Origin: a virus
DNA length: 64,000 nucleotides
Virus record (IMG/VR): IMGVR_UViG_3300026544_000001
Coordinates: 32,001 to 96,000 of that record
Strand: one strand, 5' to 3'
Positions 28,896 to 40,881 of this stretch are shown in pieces. Position 1 is the stretch's first letter, and every line of letters begins with the position of its first letter. The notes below the pieces were generated by a model that was not told the origin of the DNA, ran no database searches, and saw only the letters and a program-made list of their open reading frames with translations. The position numbers and the translations under genes are program-made.

Positions 28896-31800
28896 ATGGC
28901 TGATAATTTTATAGATATATTAAAGGATATTAGAGGTACAGGTACAGACATAAATGCTGTGGGTAATGCTGACAGAGCTGGGGAATTAGTTAGTCAAGAT
29001 GGTGGTGGTATATGGCAAAGGTTTAAAGATAAAGAAGCAGCTGTAACTATAACACATGCTAATGTGGTTACAATGAGTGAAACTGTTGCAACTACTCTAT
29101 ATGGTACTGAGGGAAATAACGGAGAACTTGCTAAGATAGCCACACAAGTAGCTGCAGTTAATGAGGTAAATGAAGTATTAGTAGCAGGAGACAATAATCT
29201 GTTTGATGACTTTAATACTAAGTATAGTACATTCACTAATGATGATCCGGATAACCCAGGGCTATATGAAAGACTAGTTGAGTATACAGATGTGCTTACA
29301 CATGATGGTGAAAATAAGAATATTAATCATTTAGATATAAGTGAGACTCCTGGTTCAGTTGTAGCTGTAGCTAGAGATTTAGAGGCTACTGATATAGATG
29401 GTACAGTTAGATCTGGTGATATGGCTGGGGTATCTTACATAGAGACTGTGTCTATTGATATGAATAGTGATTCTGGTATGCTTCCTACTATAGCTAATGA
29501 TATGCTAAGTACTGATAGTAAGATAGGTATTGTTAGTACTGATTTAAGTACTAATCATTATATAGAAGTAGTACATAATGATTTAACTAGCGTAGATGAA
29601 GATGGTGTAAATATTAGTAAGATAGTTAGTATAGGTACTAATATACAGAAAGGTAGTAGTTACTCTGAATTGTTAGCTACTGGTTCAGATTTACTATTAG
29701 GAGATACAAGCCATATAGTTACAGTTAGTAATGATATTGCAAATGTTGGTTATGTTAGTCAAGATTTACAAGGTAAGAAGTATGATGGTAGTGACTATGA
29801 AAGTAACATCGGAGAATCTAGAATAGAAGTACTTGGTAGCAACATACTTAAAGGTACTAATAGTGAAATGCTTATAGTTGGTGATGACTTACTTAAAGAA
29901 GAGAATAGTAACGTAGTTAAAGTATCTGATATAGTTGATGATGTTACAACAGTAGCTGGTAAAACTACAGAGATAACTGACTTAAGTCAAAATATGTACA
30001 AGATTACTAGTATATATGAAGATTTAGAAGATACACTTAAAGTAGCTGATGAATTAGATGATGTTACTATAGTAGGTAAAGATTTAGATAATAGAGATGC
30101 TAATGGCGATGTATATGAGAATGGTGAAACTTCTAGAGTAATGACAGTTAGTAGAAACTTAGCTAAAAGTACTGAAAGTGAAGTATTACTAGTTGGTACA
30201 GATTTATATAAAGATACTGATAGTAGTATTAAAATAGTAAGTAATAATATAGATAATATAAATGCTGTTAAAGATGATCTAGATAATGATGATAGTTATG
30301 TAGTAGCTGTTGGTACTGATTTAGTTAGTGATGAAAGTGAGATACGTAGATTATATACTATTAGTGATGAAGTAGTAGCTGTTAGTGGTAATAGTACTAA
30401 TATCAATATAATATCAAATGACCTACAAGATAAAGATAAAGACGGTAATGATTATGAAGAAGGTACTAGTAGGATAAAAGTTGTAGGACTTAATATTAGT
30501 AAAACGGATAGCGAGACTATAGCAGTAGGTGAAGATTTACTTAGTACTACTAGTAAGATAGTTAGTGTATATACTAATCAAGATAATATAATAAGTATAG
30601 CTGATAACTTGGCTAAAGGAGATGATAGTACTATATCAATAGTAGCTACTGACTTAAATAGAGATGATAGTAGAATATACCAAGTAGGTGTACATATTGA
30701 TAATGTTATAGTAACTTCTGATAATATTGATTCTATTGTCTCTGTAGCTACAGATTTAGATTTAGGTGATGACTCAACTGTTAAAGCGGTTAGTGATAAT
30801 ATGGAGAATGTTGTAAACGTTGGTCAAGATATTATTAGAGTTGAGAGAGTAGCACAATCTGCCGATAATGTTGATAATGTATCTGATAATATAGGTAATG
30901 TTAATATTGTTGGAGATGACTTAGCACTAGGTAACGATAGTTTAATTAAACAAGCATCTGATGCTGTTGACGATTTACAAGAAATTAAAGATAATATAGA
31001 TGACATAACTACTATCGCTGATGATCTTAATAGCAAAGATGATGATGGTAATAGTACGAGTAAGATTATAACTGTATCAGATAATATTACTAATGTAATA
31101 GCTGTAGGTAATAGTATTGGTAATATAGATACTGTTACTAAAGATCTTGATAAAATCAATAGAGTGTACGATAGTGTTGATAACGTTGATAGGGTAGAAG
31201 ATAGTATAGCTAATATAGATAGAGTATATACTAGTGCCGATGCTATTGATAGAGTTAAGCTATCTGCTGATAATGTTGATACTATTGCTGAAGATATTGA
31301 TAATATTGATGCAGTATCTGATAATGTAACTAAAATTAATACAGTAGCTGATGATATTACTAAAGTTGGTACTGTAGCAGATAGCATAGATAATGTTAAC
31401 ACTGTAAGTGATAACTTAGCTAAAGATGATAGCGAGATTAAATCTGTAGCTGGTAGTATAGATAGTGTAGAAGCTGTTGGTGCTAAGATAAGTCAAGTAA
31501 ACACTGTAAGTGATAACTTAGATGATGGTGATGATAGCACTATAAAAATAGTTAGTGACAATATTACATATGTTCAAGATGTTAGCGCACATATGGATAA
31601 TGTTAGAGACGTTAGTGATAGTACCGATAATATAGACAGTGTTGCAGCTGATGTTAACTTGGGAGATGATTCAACGATTAAAATTACAGCTAATAATATT
31701 ACTGATGTAAATACTGTAGGTACAAATATAGCTGATGTAAGTACAGTTAGCACAGATATAGCTAGTGTGAATACAACTGCTACAGATATAGGGAGTATAA

Positions 31801-34800
31801 AAACTGTTGCTAGTAATTTAGATGATGGGGATACAAGTACGGTTAAGATAGTTAGTGATAATATCTCTAACGTTGACTATGTAGGTGGAAGTATTGATAA
31901 CGTAAATATTGTAGCTGAAAATGTTGATGATGGCGATACTAGTACTATTAAGATTACTGCTGATAATATTGGTAGTGTAGCTACTGTTGGAAGTGCTATA
32001 GACAATGTGAATACTGTAGCAGATAGAGATGCAGATATAGCTACAATTGCAGATGATCTAAATGCTGATACATCTACAATAAAGACAGTATCTGATAATA
32101 TAACTAATGTAAATTCTGTATCTGACATATCTTCAGATGTTAGTATAGTTGCTTCTAGAGATGCTGATATAGGTACAGTAGCGGATGATGTAGAGCTAGG
32201 TGATGATAGTACAATTAAGATAGTAGCTGATAATATAGTAGATGTTCAGAATGCTGAAGAGAACGCCATACTAGCTAAAGGGTATGCTACTGCTGATGAA
32301 GATGTAGAAGTAGAAGATGGTACATACAGTGCTAAGAACTACAGCATAAAAGCAAATGCTAGTAAAGTAGCTAGTGCTAACAGCGAATCTATGTCAGCTG
32401 AGTGGGCAGATAAAGATGAAGATGTAGAGATAACCGATAATGCTGGTAAATATAGTGCTAAACATCATGCTATAAAAGCTGACGCTAGTGCAGTTGCTGC
32501 TAAAAGTAGTGAAGATACTACTAAGGATTACTTAGATCAAGTTAGCACTATTTATGATAACTTTGATGATAGATACTTAGGAGCATTTGATACAGATCCT
32601 ACTGAGGATAACGATGGTGATGCACTTGTAATGGGTATGATGTACTACAATACAGATGCTAAAGAGATTAGATTCTATGACAGTGAGAATTGGGATAGAC
32701 CAGAATTTAGTGCAAGTCAATCTGCATTAGCTGCTGCTGATAGTCAAGATGCTGCAAAGGTTAGTGAAGATAATGCTAAAATATCTGAGGACAATTCAGC
32801 TACAAGTGAGACCAATGCTAAGACTAGTGAGGACAACGCTAAGACATCTGAAGATAACTCAAAAGTTAGTGAAGATAATGCTGCTGCTAGTGAAAGTAAA
32901 GCTAATGAATGGGCCGAGAAAGATGGTGAAGTAGAAAGTGGAAAATACAGTTCTAAACACTGGGCTGATGCTGCAAGTTCTTCAGCTAGTAGTGCCAAAG
33001 ACAGTGAAGATGCTGCCAAAGTATCTGAAGATAACAGTAAAACATCTGAAGATAATGCCTTAAGTAGTGAGACTAAGGCAAGTAAATGGGCTTCAGAAGT
33101 TGAAGATACTGAAGTAGAAACTGATAAATACTCTGCTCTACACTATGCAGCCAAAGCTAGTGCTAGTGCTGATTCTGCAAATACAAGTGAAACTAATTCG
33201 TCTGCTAGCGAAACACTAGCCAATAAGTGGGCAGAAGAAGTAGAAGATACAGAAGTAGTTGACGGTAAGTACTCAGCGTTGCATCATGCTGCTAAAGCAG
33301 AATCAAGTGCTAGTGCAGCTAGTACTAGTGAGATTAATGCTAAAACTAGCGAAGATAATGCCAATGATAGTATGAATACAGCTGTTAGTGCAAGAGATGA
33401 AGCTGTAGCTGTATACGATAACTTTGATGACAGGTATCTTGGAGCTAAAGATACAGCGCCAGATACAGATAATGATGGAGATGATTTAATAACAGGTGCA
33501 TTATATTTTGATACAGATGCAGGAGCTATGCAAGTATATGATGGTACTGATTGGACAGCAGCATATATCAGTGACGATAAAATGTTAGATAAAACTAAAA
33601 ACTTATCAGACTTAGATGATACCAGTATAGGTAGAACTAACTTAGGAGTTGAAATAGGTGTAGATGTATTAGCTTATAGTGCTGATGTAGTTATAGATAG
33701 TGCTTATGTACATACAGATAATAACTATACTACAGAATATAAAGATAAGTTAGACGGTATTGCAGATAATGCAGAAGTTAATGTACAATCAGATTGGAAT
33801 GTAACTGATGATACACTAGATACTTATATAGCTAATAAACCTAATGTTGTAGTACAAGAATCTATAATAGATGAAGATGACATGGCTAGTGATAGTGATG
33901 TTAAGATTCCTACTCAACAATCAGTAAAGGCTTTTGCAAGTAATGCAGGAAACTTAACTAGTGGTGTTATAGATGATGCAAGATTACCTGATGAAATAAC
34001 TAGTAATACTAGCAGTGCATCTATATGGAAAACAGCTAGAAAAATAACATTAGAGGGTGATACAGACGGAGATGTTACTATAGATGGATCTGCTGATGTT
34101 ACACTAACAGTAACAGTAAAAGATGACAGCCATTCACACATCATAGATAACATAGATGGACTTGCAGATAGTTTAGATAGTAAATTAGACGATAGTCAAT
34201 TAGATACAACTAGTACACTTGGTACAGATGATACAAAGATACCTAGTCAAAAAGCTGTTAAAACTTATGTAGATACTTCAGTTAGTGTAGATACTACAAA
34301 CTTTGATGGTGTATTAGGGTCTAATGAAGATACTATACAAAAAGCATTTGATAAGTTAGATGATATTGTACTTACTAGTACTATGGAAGATCTAACTAAT
34401 GTGAGTGTTACTGATATAACAGCTAGTCAAATACTAGCATGGGATAATGATAATACCGTATGGAAAAATATAGATATACCAGAAAGTGGTGAATACAATG
34501 TTCAAGCAGATTGGAATGAAACAGATACTGCTGTAGATAGTTATATACTTAATAAGCCAGATGTTGTTACAGTAGATAGAATATTAGATGAAGATGATAT
34601 GGATAGTGACAGTAATACTAGTGTACCTACACAACAGTCTGTTCGTGCTTATGTTGAAGCTATGACTAGTCAGGCTGATGCTAATGCTAAACTTACTAAA
34701 GTATTTCAAGAAGTAGCTGCTGATGGGCAAACTGAATTTAAGTTTGCTTCAGATGAAATTAAGTACTTAGTAGATAGTATATCAGTATTTACAGATGGTG

Positions 34801-35033
34801 TGATATCTGATATAGCATACACTGCTGATGATGGTGTAAAAATAGTATTTGATCAAGGGTTAGAGGTAGATACGGAAGTTACTCTTATAGCTTATGGAGG
34901 AGCTGATGTATATACTAAGCAACAAATAGATACTAAGTTAGCATCACGTATAGTTGATTTAATACTGCATGGTGGACATGCTGACACAACATATGATGAT
35001 ACTACAACAATAATAAATGGAGGAGCAGCATAA
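28896..35033 (+). CDS. Giant acidic tail-fibre-like protein (2045 aa)
   Basis: Long V(S/A)DNI repeats, SEDNAK repeats, YSAxHxAxKA repeats, two YDNFDDRYLGA and two NVQxDWN modules. Confidence 0.8.
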   Translation: MADNFIDILKDIRGTGTDINAVGNADRAGELVSQDGGGIWQRFKDKEAAVTITHANVVTMSETVATTLYGTEGNNGELAKIATQVAAVNEVNEVLVAGDNNLFDDFNTKYSTFTNDDPDNPGLYERLVEYTDVLTHDGENKNINHLDISETPGSVVAVARDLEATDIDGTVRSGDMAGVSYIETVSIDMNSDSGMLPTIANDMLSTDSKIGIVSTDLSTNHYIEVVHNDLTSVDEDGVNISKIVSIGTNIQKGSSYSELLATGSDLLLGDTSHIVTVSNDIANVGYVSQDLQGKKYDGSDYESNIGESRIEVLGSNILKGTNSEMLIVGDDLLKEENSNVVKVSDIVDDVTTVAGKTTEITDLSQNMYKITSIYEDLEDTLKVADELDDVTIVGKDLDNRDANGDVYENGETSRVMTVSRNLAKSTESEVLLVGTDLYKDTDSSIKIVSNNIDNINAVKDDLDNDDSYVVAVGTDLVSDESEIRRLYTISDEVVAVSGNSTNINIISNDLQDKDKDGNDYEEGTSRIKVVGLNISKTDSETIAVGEDLLSTTSKIVSVYTNQDNIISIADNLAKGDDSTISIVATDLNRDDSRIYQVGVHIDNVIVTSDNIDSIVSVATDLDLGDDSTVKAVSDNMENVVNVGQDIIRVERVAQSADNVDNVSDNIGNVNIVGDDLALGNDSLIKQASDAVDDLQEIKDNIDDITTIADDLNSKDDDGNSTSKIITVSDNITNVIAVGNSIGNIDTVTKDLDKINRVYDSVDNVDRVEDSIANIDRVYTSADAIDRVKLSADNVDTIAEDIDNIDAVSDNVTKINTVADDITKVGTVADSIDNVNTVSDNLAKDDSEIKSVAGSIDSVEAVGAKISQVNTVSDNLDDGDDSTIKIVSDNITYVQDVSAHMDNVRDVSDSTDNIDSVAADVNLGDDSTIKITANNITDVNTVGTNIADVSTVSTDIASVNTTATDIGSIKTVASNLDDGDTSTVKIVSDNISNVDYVGGSIDNVNIVAENVDDGDTSTIKITADNIGSVATVGSAIDNVNTVADRDADIATIADDLNADTSTIKTVSDNITNVNSVSDISSDVSIVASRDADIGTVADDVELGDDSTIKIVADNIVDVQNAEENAILAKGYATADEDVEVEDGTYSAKNYSIKANASKVASANSESMSAEWADKDEDVEITDNAGKYSAKHHAIKADASAVAAKSSEDTTKDYLDQVSTIYDNFDDRYLGAFDTDPTEDNDGDALVMGMMYYNTDAKEIRFYDSENWDRPEFSASQSALAAADSQDAAKVSEDNAKISEDNSATSETNAKTSEDNAKTSEDNSKVSEDNAAASESKANEWAEKDGEVESGKYSSKHWADAASSSASSAKDSEDAAKVSEDNSKTSEDNALSSETKASKWASEVEDTEVETDKYSALHYAAKASASADSANTSETNSSASETLANKWAEEVEDTEVVDGKYSALHHAAKAESSASAASTSEINAKTSEDNANDSMNTAVSARDEAVAVYDNFDDRYLGAKDTAPDTDNDGDDLITGALYFDTDAGAMQVYDGTDWTAAYISDDKMLDKTKNLSDLDDTSIGRTNLGVEIGVDVLAYSADVVIDSAYVHTDNNYTTEYKDKLDGIADNAEVNVQSDWNVTDDTLDTYIANKPNVVVQESIIDEDDMASDSDVKIPTQQSVKAFASNAGNLTSGVIDDARLPDEITSNTSSASIWKTARKITLEGDTDGDVTIDGSADVTLTVTVKDDSHSHIIDNIDGLADSLDSKLDDSQLDTTSTLGTDDTKIPSQKAVKTYVDTSVSVDTTNFDGVLGSNEDTIQKAFDKLDDIVLTSTMEDLTNVSVTDITASQILAWDNDNTVWKNIDIPESGEYNVQADWNETDTAVDSYILNKPDVVTVDRILDEDDMDSDSNTSVPTQQSVRAYVEAMTSQADANAKLTKVFQEVAADGQTEFKFASDEIKYLVDSISVFTDGVISDIAYTADDGVKIVFDQGLEVDTEVTLIAYGGADVYTKQQIDTKLASRIVDLILHGGHADTTYDDTTTIINGGAA

Positions 35034-35509
35034 TGGCTACTAAAATACAATTACGAAATGATACATCTGTTAATTGGGCAGATGTAAATCCTACCTTAGC
35101 CAGTGGAGAGCATGGGTATGAAACTGATACGGGCAAACAAAAAATAGGTGATGGTACTACTGCATGGGTTGATCTACCGTATAAAATAGTAGGTGAAGCT
35201 AATACATTCACAGCTAGTCAAAGAGGAGCTATAACATCTTTAGCAGATGATACAGTAGCTTGGGATTTTAGAACAACTAATAATTACAGTGTTAGTTTAA
35301 CTGCTGATGCTGATATAACACTAGCTACTGATGGTGCTTTAGGTTGTACTGGTCAAGGTGGTATGTTTACTGTGACTACAGCTGAGCACATAACTGGATG
35401 GAGTGCTGAGTTTAAATGGAAAACTGAACCAACTGACTTAAGTGGTGTTGAGAGATTTGCTTATTTTGTAGAAGCTGAAGATACAATAGCTATTGGTAGG
35501 ATTCAATAA
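35033..35509 (+). CDS. Tail protein with Mtd/hyaluronidase-type N-terminal domain
   Basis: IQLRxDT..NW...NPTLA.GE.GYETDTGK.KIGDG.TAW.DLPY. Confidence 0.8.
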   Translation: MATKIQLRNDTSVNWADVNPTLASGEHGYETDTGKQKIGDGTTAWVDLPYKIVGEANTFTASQRGAITSLADDTVAWDFRTTNNYSVSLTADADITLATDGALGCTGQGGMFTVTTAEHITGWSAEFKWKTEPTDLSGVERFAYFVEAEDTIAIGRIQ

Positions 35510-38500
35510 TGAGTATAGTTAACGGTATGGGTGGTATGTTTGGAGGGTGTACATTTCGCCCTCAGTTAGGATGTACAACTACAAGTATAGTAGATAATAC
35601 TGATCCATTTGGTGATGGTAGTTTAATAGCTAAGTATCTATTAGATGGAGATGCTACTGATTTGTGTGGTAATTATGATAGCGATAGTGAAAATTATAGC
35701 ACCTATTTAAGTGGGGTGTATAATGATTGTATTGCATTTACTGATAAAACTGGGTATGTAAATGTTCCTAATATAGGTCCTATATGTGACTATTCAAAAT
35801 CGTGGACTGTTAGTTTTGCGTGGAAATGGGATGGCGAACAGCCTAATAGTAAATATTGGTTTCTTATCCACATAAATGATTTAGCTATAGAATGGGCTAA
35901 TAATGCTAACGACGGTGAGATATATTTTGCGTTACTAAACGGTGGTACAGGTGATGTTATAGATAGACGCTTTGATGATGATACATTATTCACTGATAAC
36001 AACTGGCATCATACAGTAATAGTACATAAAGAAGGTGTAGATGATTTATTTATTACTATAGATGGTGGTGTATTAACTGAAGAGGATGCTGGATTACACG
36101 ATAATGGTACATTTTATCGTACCGATAATATGAGGATAGGTAATACCGCAGATGATGAGGATAAAGTGAGTGATAGTGGTCTCATAGATCAAGTTGAAAT
36201 ATACAACAGAGCATTAAATCCTCAAGAAGTACAAATGCTATATACTCAAAGTAAATACATAGCTGATCCAACACAATCAATACCAGGTTTAGTAGCACAT
36301 TACCCATTAGATGGTACAGCAGAGGATATACAAGGATATGGAGCTAATGAAAGTGGTGTGGAGTACAATGGAGTAGCATTTGTAGATGAGACTAAGTTTG
36401 GCGGTAGTAAGGTAGCTGTGTTTGATGGTAGTGATGATTATGTGAAGATCCCTATAATTGGCTTATCACCAAGTAATTACACAATGACAGCTTGGGTAAA
36501 AACCACAGGTAGTGGTATATTTACGTCTATGTTATCTGATTCTTTTTGTTACGCTCAAGTAAATGATGATGGTTATTTAAGATCTTATGACCTAAATGAG
36601 GAAGTTATAGGAAGCACTATAGTAAATGATGGAAAATGGCATTTCCTTACTGTTGTTAAAGATAACGGAGTGCAATCTGTGTGGGTGGATAGTATAAAAG
36701 AAGCTGAAAAAGATAATGGAGATAATGGGGATAGTGGAGATAGAATAACATGTATAGGTTGTTATAATACTGAAAGTTCTTTTTTATCTGGTTTTATAGC
36801 AAGAGTTGGTTTTTATAATAAAGCTTTATCAGATAGTGAAATAACTGACCTATACAATCAAGAGAACGAAACAACTGATGGGTTGATTGCATATTACCCA
36901 CTAGATGGTGATGCAAGTGATTATAGTACAAGTAACAATGCTGTATTGGATGGTACAATAAATGGTGATGTAAGCTTTGCTAATGATGATGACTATGGAG
37001 ATAGTGTAGCATCATTTGATGGTGATGGGGATTATGTTAGTACTCAAATAGTACCTGCAGGAGGAGATAAAACATTATCGTGTTGGTTCAATATGAATGG
37101 AACTTCTGATACTCAAGGATTGATATCGTTTCCTACAACTGCTAACGAGTATCAAGGAACATCATTAATAATTGATGGGGATAAATTAGAGGTTAGTGGT
37201 AGAAATGGAGATGGTGCTTTTAAGTCAACTTCAGTTGATTTTACTACCACAAATGAATGGCATCATGCAGTTGGTGTATTGTCAGGTGCAGTATTAACAC
37301 TATACTTAGATGGTGAGGATGTTGCTACACTAGATATGACTGATGTATCTGATGATAAAGATGGGGTTGTTATAGGGTGTGTAAATGGAGATTCTGTAAG
37401 TTATTATACAAACGGCTCAATAGCCAATGTCCAAATATTCAACAGAGCATTAACAAGTGATGAAGTTAATAAACTATATAATAAAGAAACAATAACATCA
37501 GGATTAATAGCTCATTATCCATTAGCTGAAGATGCAACTAATAAAGCAGGATATTATGGAACTGAGAATGGTGGATTGATCTATAGTGAACAATATGGTG
37601 ATAGTGTTGGAAGCTTTGATGGTGTTGATGACTATATAGAGACTACTGAAATGTCATTAGCTTCAGAGTTCACTGTTACTGGTTGGGTTAAGGTTATTGA
37701 CTTAGATAGTGATGAAGACGTGGTTATCGCTATAAATTGGAATGCAGATGCAAGTACGAGATTTGGTATAAAGAGTGATTCTGACGACGATACATCATTA
37801 TCTATACAATGTGGTGATGATGATGCTTGGCATAGTATACCTGGTGCTATTGATAATACTTGGATGTTTATATCAGTTACGTATGATGGTACTGATACAG
37901 TATCAAAAGTATATGGCGAAACTGAAGTTGCATTTACTACGAATGTAACATTAGATAATAGTAAAGTGTGTATAGGTAATTTCAATTCTGATTCTAGTGG
38001 ATATTTCAATGGAAATGTAGCCAATGTTAGAATATACGACAAAGCACTAACAGCAGAACAAATAACAGACTTATACAATAAGAAAGATGTAACTGATGGA
38101 TTAGTAGCTCACTATCCATTGACTAAAGAATGGAGAGCTAGTGATAGATGGGTTGCATATAATGGTACTGAAGTTAGTAATGTTTATGAAGAAGACTCTA
38201 TTAGTGTAGTGTCTAAATTTCCATCAGATGTAAATTCAAGAATAGCGCTTAATCAAAAATTCAATAAAACATATACTTATGGGTTTTGGATTAAAATGCC
38301 AACAGATGATACTACTTTTGTACCTTTGTCTGTATATGAAGGTGATGATGCTAGAGGGTATTTCAACTTAAATAGAGATGATGAACAAGGTTCAATTATA
38401 ACTGCTTATAATGATGGTAGTTGGACCATATCAGATAAACTTACAGGTGCATATACCGATATAAAAGAATGGACTTATCTAGTATTTGTGTGTAAAACAG

Positions 38501-39339
38501 ATAATGTAGATGTATATGCAGATGGAATATATACAGGTAATATAACATCATTACCTATTGAAGAAAGGGATTTATATATAATGGGTGGTGGCCCTAGTAA
38601 TGATAGTTCTGATGATGATGTTTATATCAAAAATGTACGAATCTACAACAGAGCTTTAACAGAAGATGAAATATCTACTATATACAACTACGAGAAAGTA
38701 ACTAGAAATATAGTAGTAGATAGAGGATTGGTAGCTTATTATCCGCTAAAAGATAACAGTAATGATCATTGGGTTAATCAGTTAGATGGAACTGATAATG
38801 GTGATGTAAGTTATGATGGAGTTAGTGCTAGTTTTGATGGAGATGGTGATTATATAAAACTCCCTAATATCACACAGGATACCAGTAGAAGTATGTGCTG
38901 TTGGTTAAAAACTGTAGATACTAATACCCATTATTTTATAACAAATAAAGATAACTCAAGCACTAGTGATGATATAGGAGAGTCTATACAGATGTCTGGA
39001 GATAATTTAGTTGCTAGTGCTAGATGGGCTGTTCAAGGAGAATCTGCTACTATTGATTCAGGTATCTCACCAGCATCAGATATTTGGTATTTTGCTTGTG
39101 TGGTTGTAGACGCTGATGCTTCAACAATGACATTTTATGTTGGTGATACTTATTCAGATACTGCGGATGTAACTTTTAAAGCTACAGATGAAGACAAATG
39201 TATGATAGGTGCTATAGATGACAGTGGTGCTACAGGTTTCGCTAACGGAAAGATATCAAACGTACGTATTTACAATAGAGTACTAAGTCCAGAAGAAATT
39301 ACAACAATATACAATACAGAAAAGGGAGAATTTGAATAA
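35509..39339 (+). CDS. Receptor-binding protein with six tandem LamG/concanavalin-A-like domains
   Basis: Six L(I/V)AxYxL starts; repeats include FDGxxDY, WHH/WHF/WYF and V.IYNRAL...EI..LY motifs. Confidence 0.88.
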   Translation: MSIVNGMGGMFGGCTFRPQLGCTTTSIVDNTDPFGDGSLIAKYLLDGDATDLCGNYDSDSENYSTYLSGVYNDCIAFTDKTGYVNVPNIGPICDYSKSWTVSFAWKWDGEQPNSKYWFLIHINDLAIEWANNANDGEIYFALLNGGTGDVIDRRFDDDTLFTDNNWHHTVIVHKEGVDDLFITIDGGVLTEEDAGLHDNGTFYRTDNMRIGNTADDEDKVSDSGLIDQVEIYNRALNPQEVQMLYTQSKYIADPTQSIPGLVAHYPLDGTAEDIQGYGANESGVEYNGVAFVDETKFGGSKVAVFDGSDDYVKIPIIGLSPSNYTMTAWVKTTGSGIFTSMLSDSFCYAQVNDDGYLRSYDLNEEVIGSTIVNDGKWHFLTVVKDNGVQSVWVDSIKEAEKDNGDNGDSGDRITCIGCYNTESSFLSGFIARVGFYNKALSDSEITDLYNQENETTDGLIAYYPLDGDASDYSTSNNAVLDGTINGDVSFANDDDYGDSVASFDGDGDYVSTQIVPAGGDKTLSCWFNMNGTSDTQGLISFPTTANEYQGTSLIIDGDKLEVSGRNGDGAFKSTSVDFTTTNEWHHAVGVLSGAVLTLYLDGEDVATLDMTDVSDDKDGVVIGCVNGDSVSYYTNGSIANVQIFNRALTSDEVNKLYNKETITSGLIAHYPLAEDATNKAGYYGTENGGLIYSEQYGDSVGSFDGVDDYIETTEMSLASEFTVTGWVKVIDLDSDEDVVIAINWNADASTRFGIKSDSDDDTSLSIQCGDDDAWHSIPGAIDNTWMFISVTYDGTDTVSKVYGETEVAFTTNVTLDNSKVCIGNFNSDSSGYFNGNVANVRIYDKALTAEQITDLYNKKDVTDGLVAHYPLTKEWRASDRWVAYNGTEVSNVYEEDSISVVSKFPSDVNSRIALNQKFNKTYTYGFWIKMPTDDTTFVPLSVYEGDDARGYFNLNRDDEQGSIITAYNDGSWTISDKLTGAYTDIKEWTYLVFVCKTDNVDVYADGIYTGNITSLPIEERDLYIMGGGPSNDSSDDDVYIKNVRIYNRALTEDEISTIYNYEKVTRNIVVDRGLVAYYPLKDNSNDHWVNQLDGTDNGDVSYDGVSASFDGDGDYIKLPNITQDTSRSMCCWLKTVDTNTHYFITNKDNSSTSDDIGESIQMSGDNLVASARWAVQGESATIDSGISPASDIWYFACVVVDADASTMTFYVGDTYSDTADVTFKATDEDKCMIGAIDDSGATGFANGKISNVRIYNRVLSPEEITTIYNTEKGEFE

Positions 39340-40016
39340 TGAAATTATATAACAACGGAACAGGTAAGATAGAAGAAGTACCATCTATGATTAGAGTAGA
39401 TGGTATCAATAGATACTCAAAGAAGATGAGTGAGAGTCAACTAAATCAAGCAGGATACTATAGAGTAACTAGTAGTCCAGCAATAGATAAGAAATACTAT
39501 AAAGAAGGTCCAGTAAGTTGGGAGATAGTAGATGGTAAAGCAGTTAAAACAATAGAAAAGATAGAATTACCATTGGATAATATAAAGAAAAGAATGTTAT
39601 CTAGTATAAGTGAATCGTTCAAGAAGTTTGGTGAAAGACCAGTGGTAGATACAGGGCTAGGATATAAAGTAGATGGTGGGTTAGCTGACCTACAAAGATT
39701 CCAAATAGGTGCAGAGTTAGGTATAGAGTTCATAAAAGATATAGATGGTAATACTAACAGTATAGATACTGATGGATATGCAATAGTAATACAGAAGATT
39801 AAAGAGTATGGTTTAGCTATGTACCAAACTAAGTGGACTAGAGAAGCGGAAGTACAAGCTATAGATAATATAGAAGATTGTATAGCTTATGAGAAATTTC
39901 CATATGAAGTAGAACAGTTAATAGTGGATGAAAATGGTGATGCTATACTAGATGATGATGGTAATGAACAATATGAAACAGTAACTAAGTATAAAAATAA
40001 ATGCACTGAATGGTAG
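39339..40016 (+). CDS. Tail fibre assembly/chaperone-like protein
   Basis: Position after the fibre gene; C-terminal YQTKW...I.A pattern. Confidence 0.6.
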   Translation: MKLYNNGTGKIEEVPSMIRVDGINRYSKKMSESQLNQAGYYRVTSSPAIDKKYYKEGPVSWEIVDGKAVKTIEKIELPLDNIKKRMLSSISESFKKFGERPVVDTGLGYKVDGGLADLQRFQIGAELGIEFIKDIDGNTNSIDTDGYAIVIQKIKEYGLAMYQTKWTREAEVQAIDNIEDCIAYEKFPYEVEQLIVDENGDAILDDDGNEQYETVTKYKNKCTEW

Positions 40017-40026
40017 GAGATAGATT

Positions 40027-40776
40027 ATGAGCTATAGACGTAAATTATTATATGAATTTAAAACAAAAGATAGCACTGGGTTAGACCTTATACCTACGAG
40101 TGCTATGGTAGTAGTTATTGACTATAATGGTAAATATACTCAATTTATAAAAACAGGAGCTATAGAAGCTGATACAACTATAGAAAATGCTATTTCTGAT
40201 AATAACTTAGTACGTTTATTAAGTGTTAAAGATGGTGAATTAAGTGAAATCAACTTTACTCAAACTAAGAGTGACAAGTTAGATAGCACAGACAACCCTC
40301 ATGGTGTTACTAAAGCTCAAGTAGGATTAGATGCTGTAGACAATACTGCGGATGTAGATAAACCAGTAAGTACAGCACAACAAGACGCTTTAGACCTAAA
40401 AGTAGATATAGCTAATGTAATAGATGACCTAACTCATACAGATACAGATAAACCATTAAGTGCTAACCAAGGTAAAATATTAAATGAAGCTATTGTTACG
40501 CTGAACGGTGATGATACTATTTCAGGATCAGTAGATACTAAAGTAAAAGTAGTAAATGATAGAGTAACAGAGTTAAAAACTACATCTGTATTAGTTGTAG
40601 CTACAGAAGATGGAGATCTAGAAGTTACTATAGGTAATACTGATGGTGAGCCATTAACAGTTATGTTAGAAGGATATCCATTAGATACAGATGGTTATAC
40701 TAGAACTGATACTACAGTAACAGTACAAGATGTAAAAGAAAATGAACAAGTATACGTTATAGCTCATAACGGATAA
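40027..40776 (+). CDS. Tail-fibre-related protein
   Basis: NPHGVTKAQVGL..VDNTAD.DKPVSTAQ and LSANQGK.L fibre motifs. Confidence 0.75.
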   Translation: MSYRRKLLYEFKTKDSTGLDLIPTSAMVVVIDYNGKYTQFIKTGAIEADTTIENAISDNNLVRLLSVKDGELSEINFTQTKSDKLDSTDNPHGVTKAQVGLDAVDNTADVDKPVSTAQQDALDLKVDIANVIDDLTHTDTDKPLSANQGKILNEAIVTLNGDDTISGSVDTKVKVVNDRVTELKTTSVLVVATEDGDLEVTIGNTDGEPLTVMLEGYPLDTDGYTRTDTTVTVQDVKENEQVYVIAHNG

Positions 40777-40799
40777 GCTAAACCCTTCCTGGGTTCAGC
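40777..40799 (+). terminator. Hairpin after the stop codon (possible terminator or processing site)
   Basis: gctaaaccc-ttcct-gggttcagc; no U-tract follows. Confidence 0.4.
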
Positions 40800-40881
40800 A
40801 ATAATCAATCAATAATTAGATACAATACAACCAACTAAGGAAACTTGGAAATAAACTGGGAGATAGTCCCGACAAGGAGAC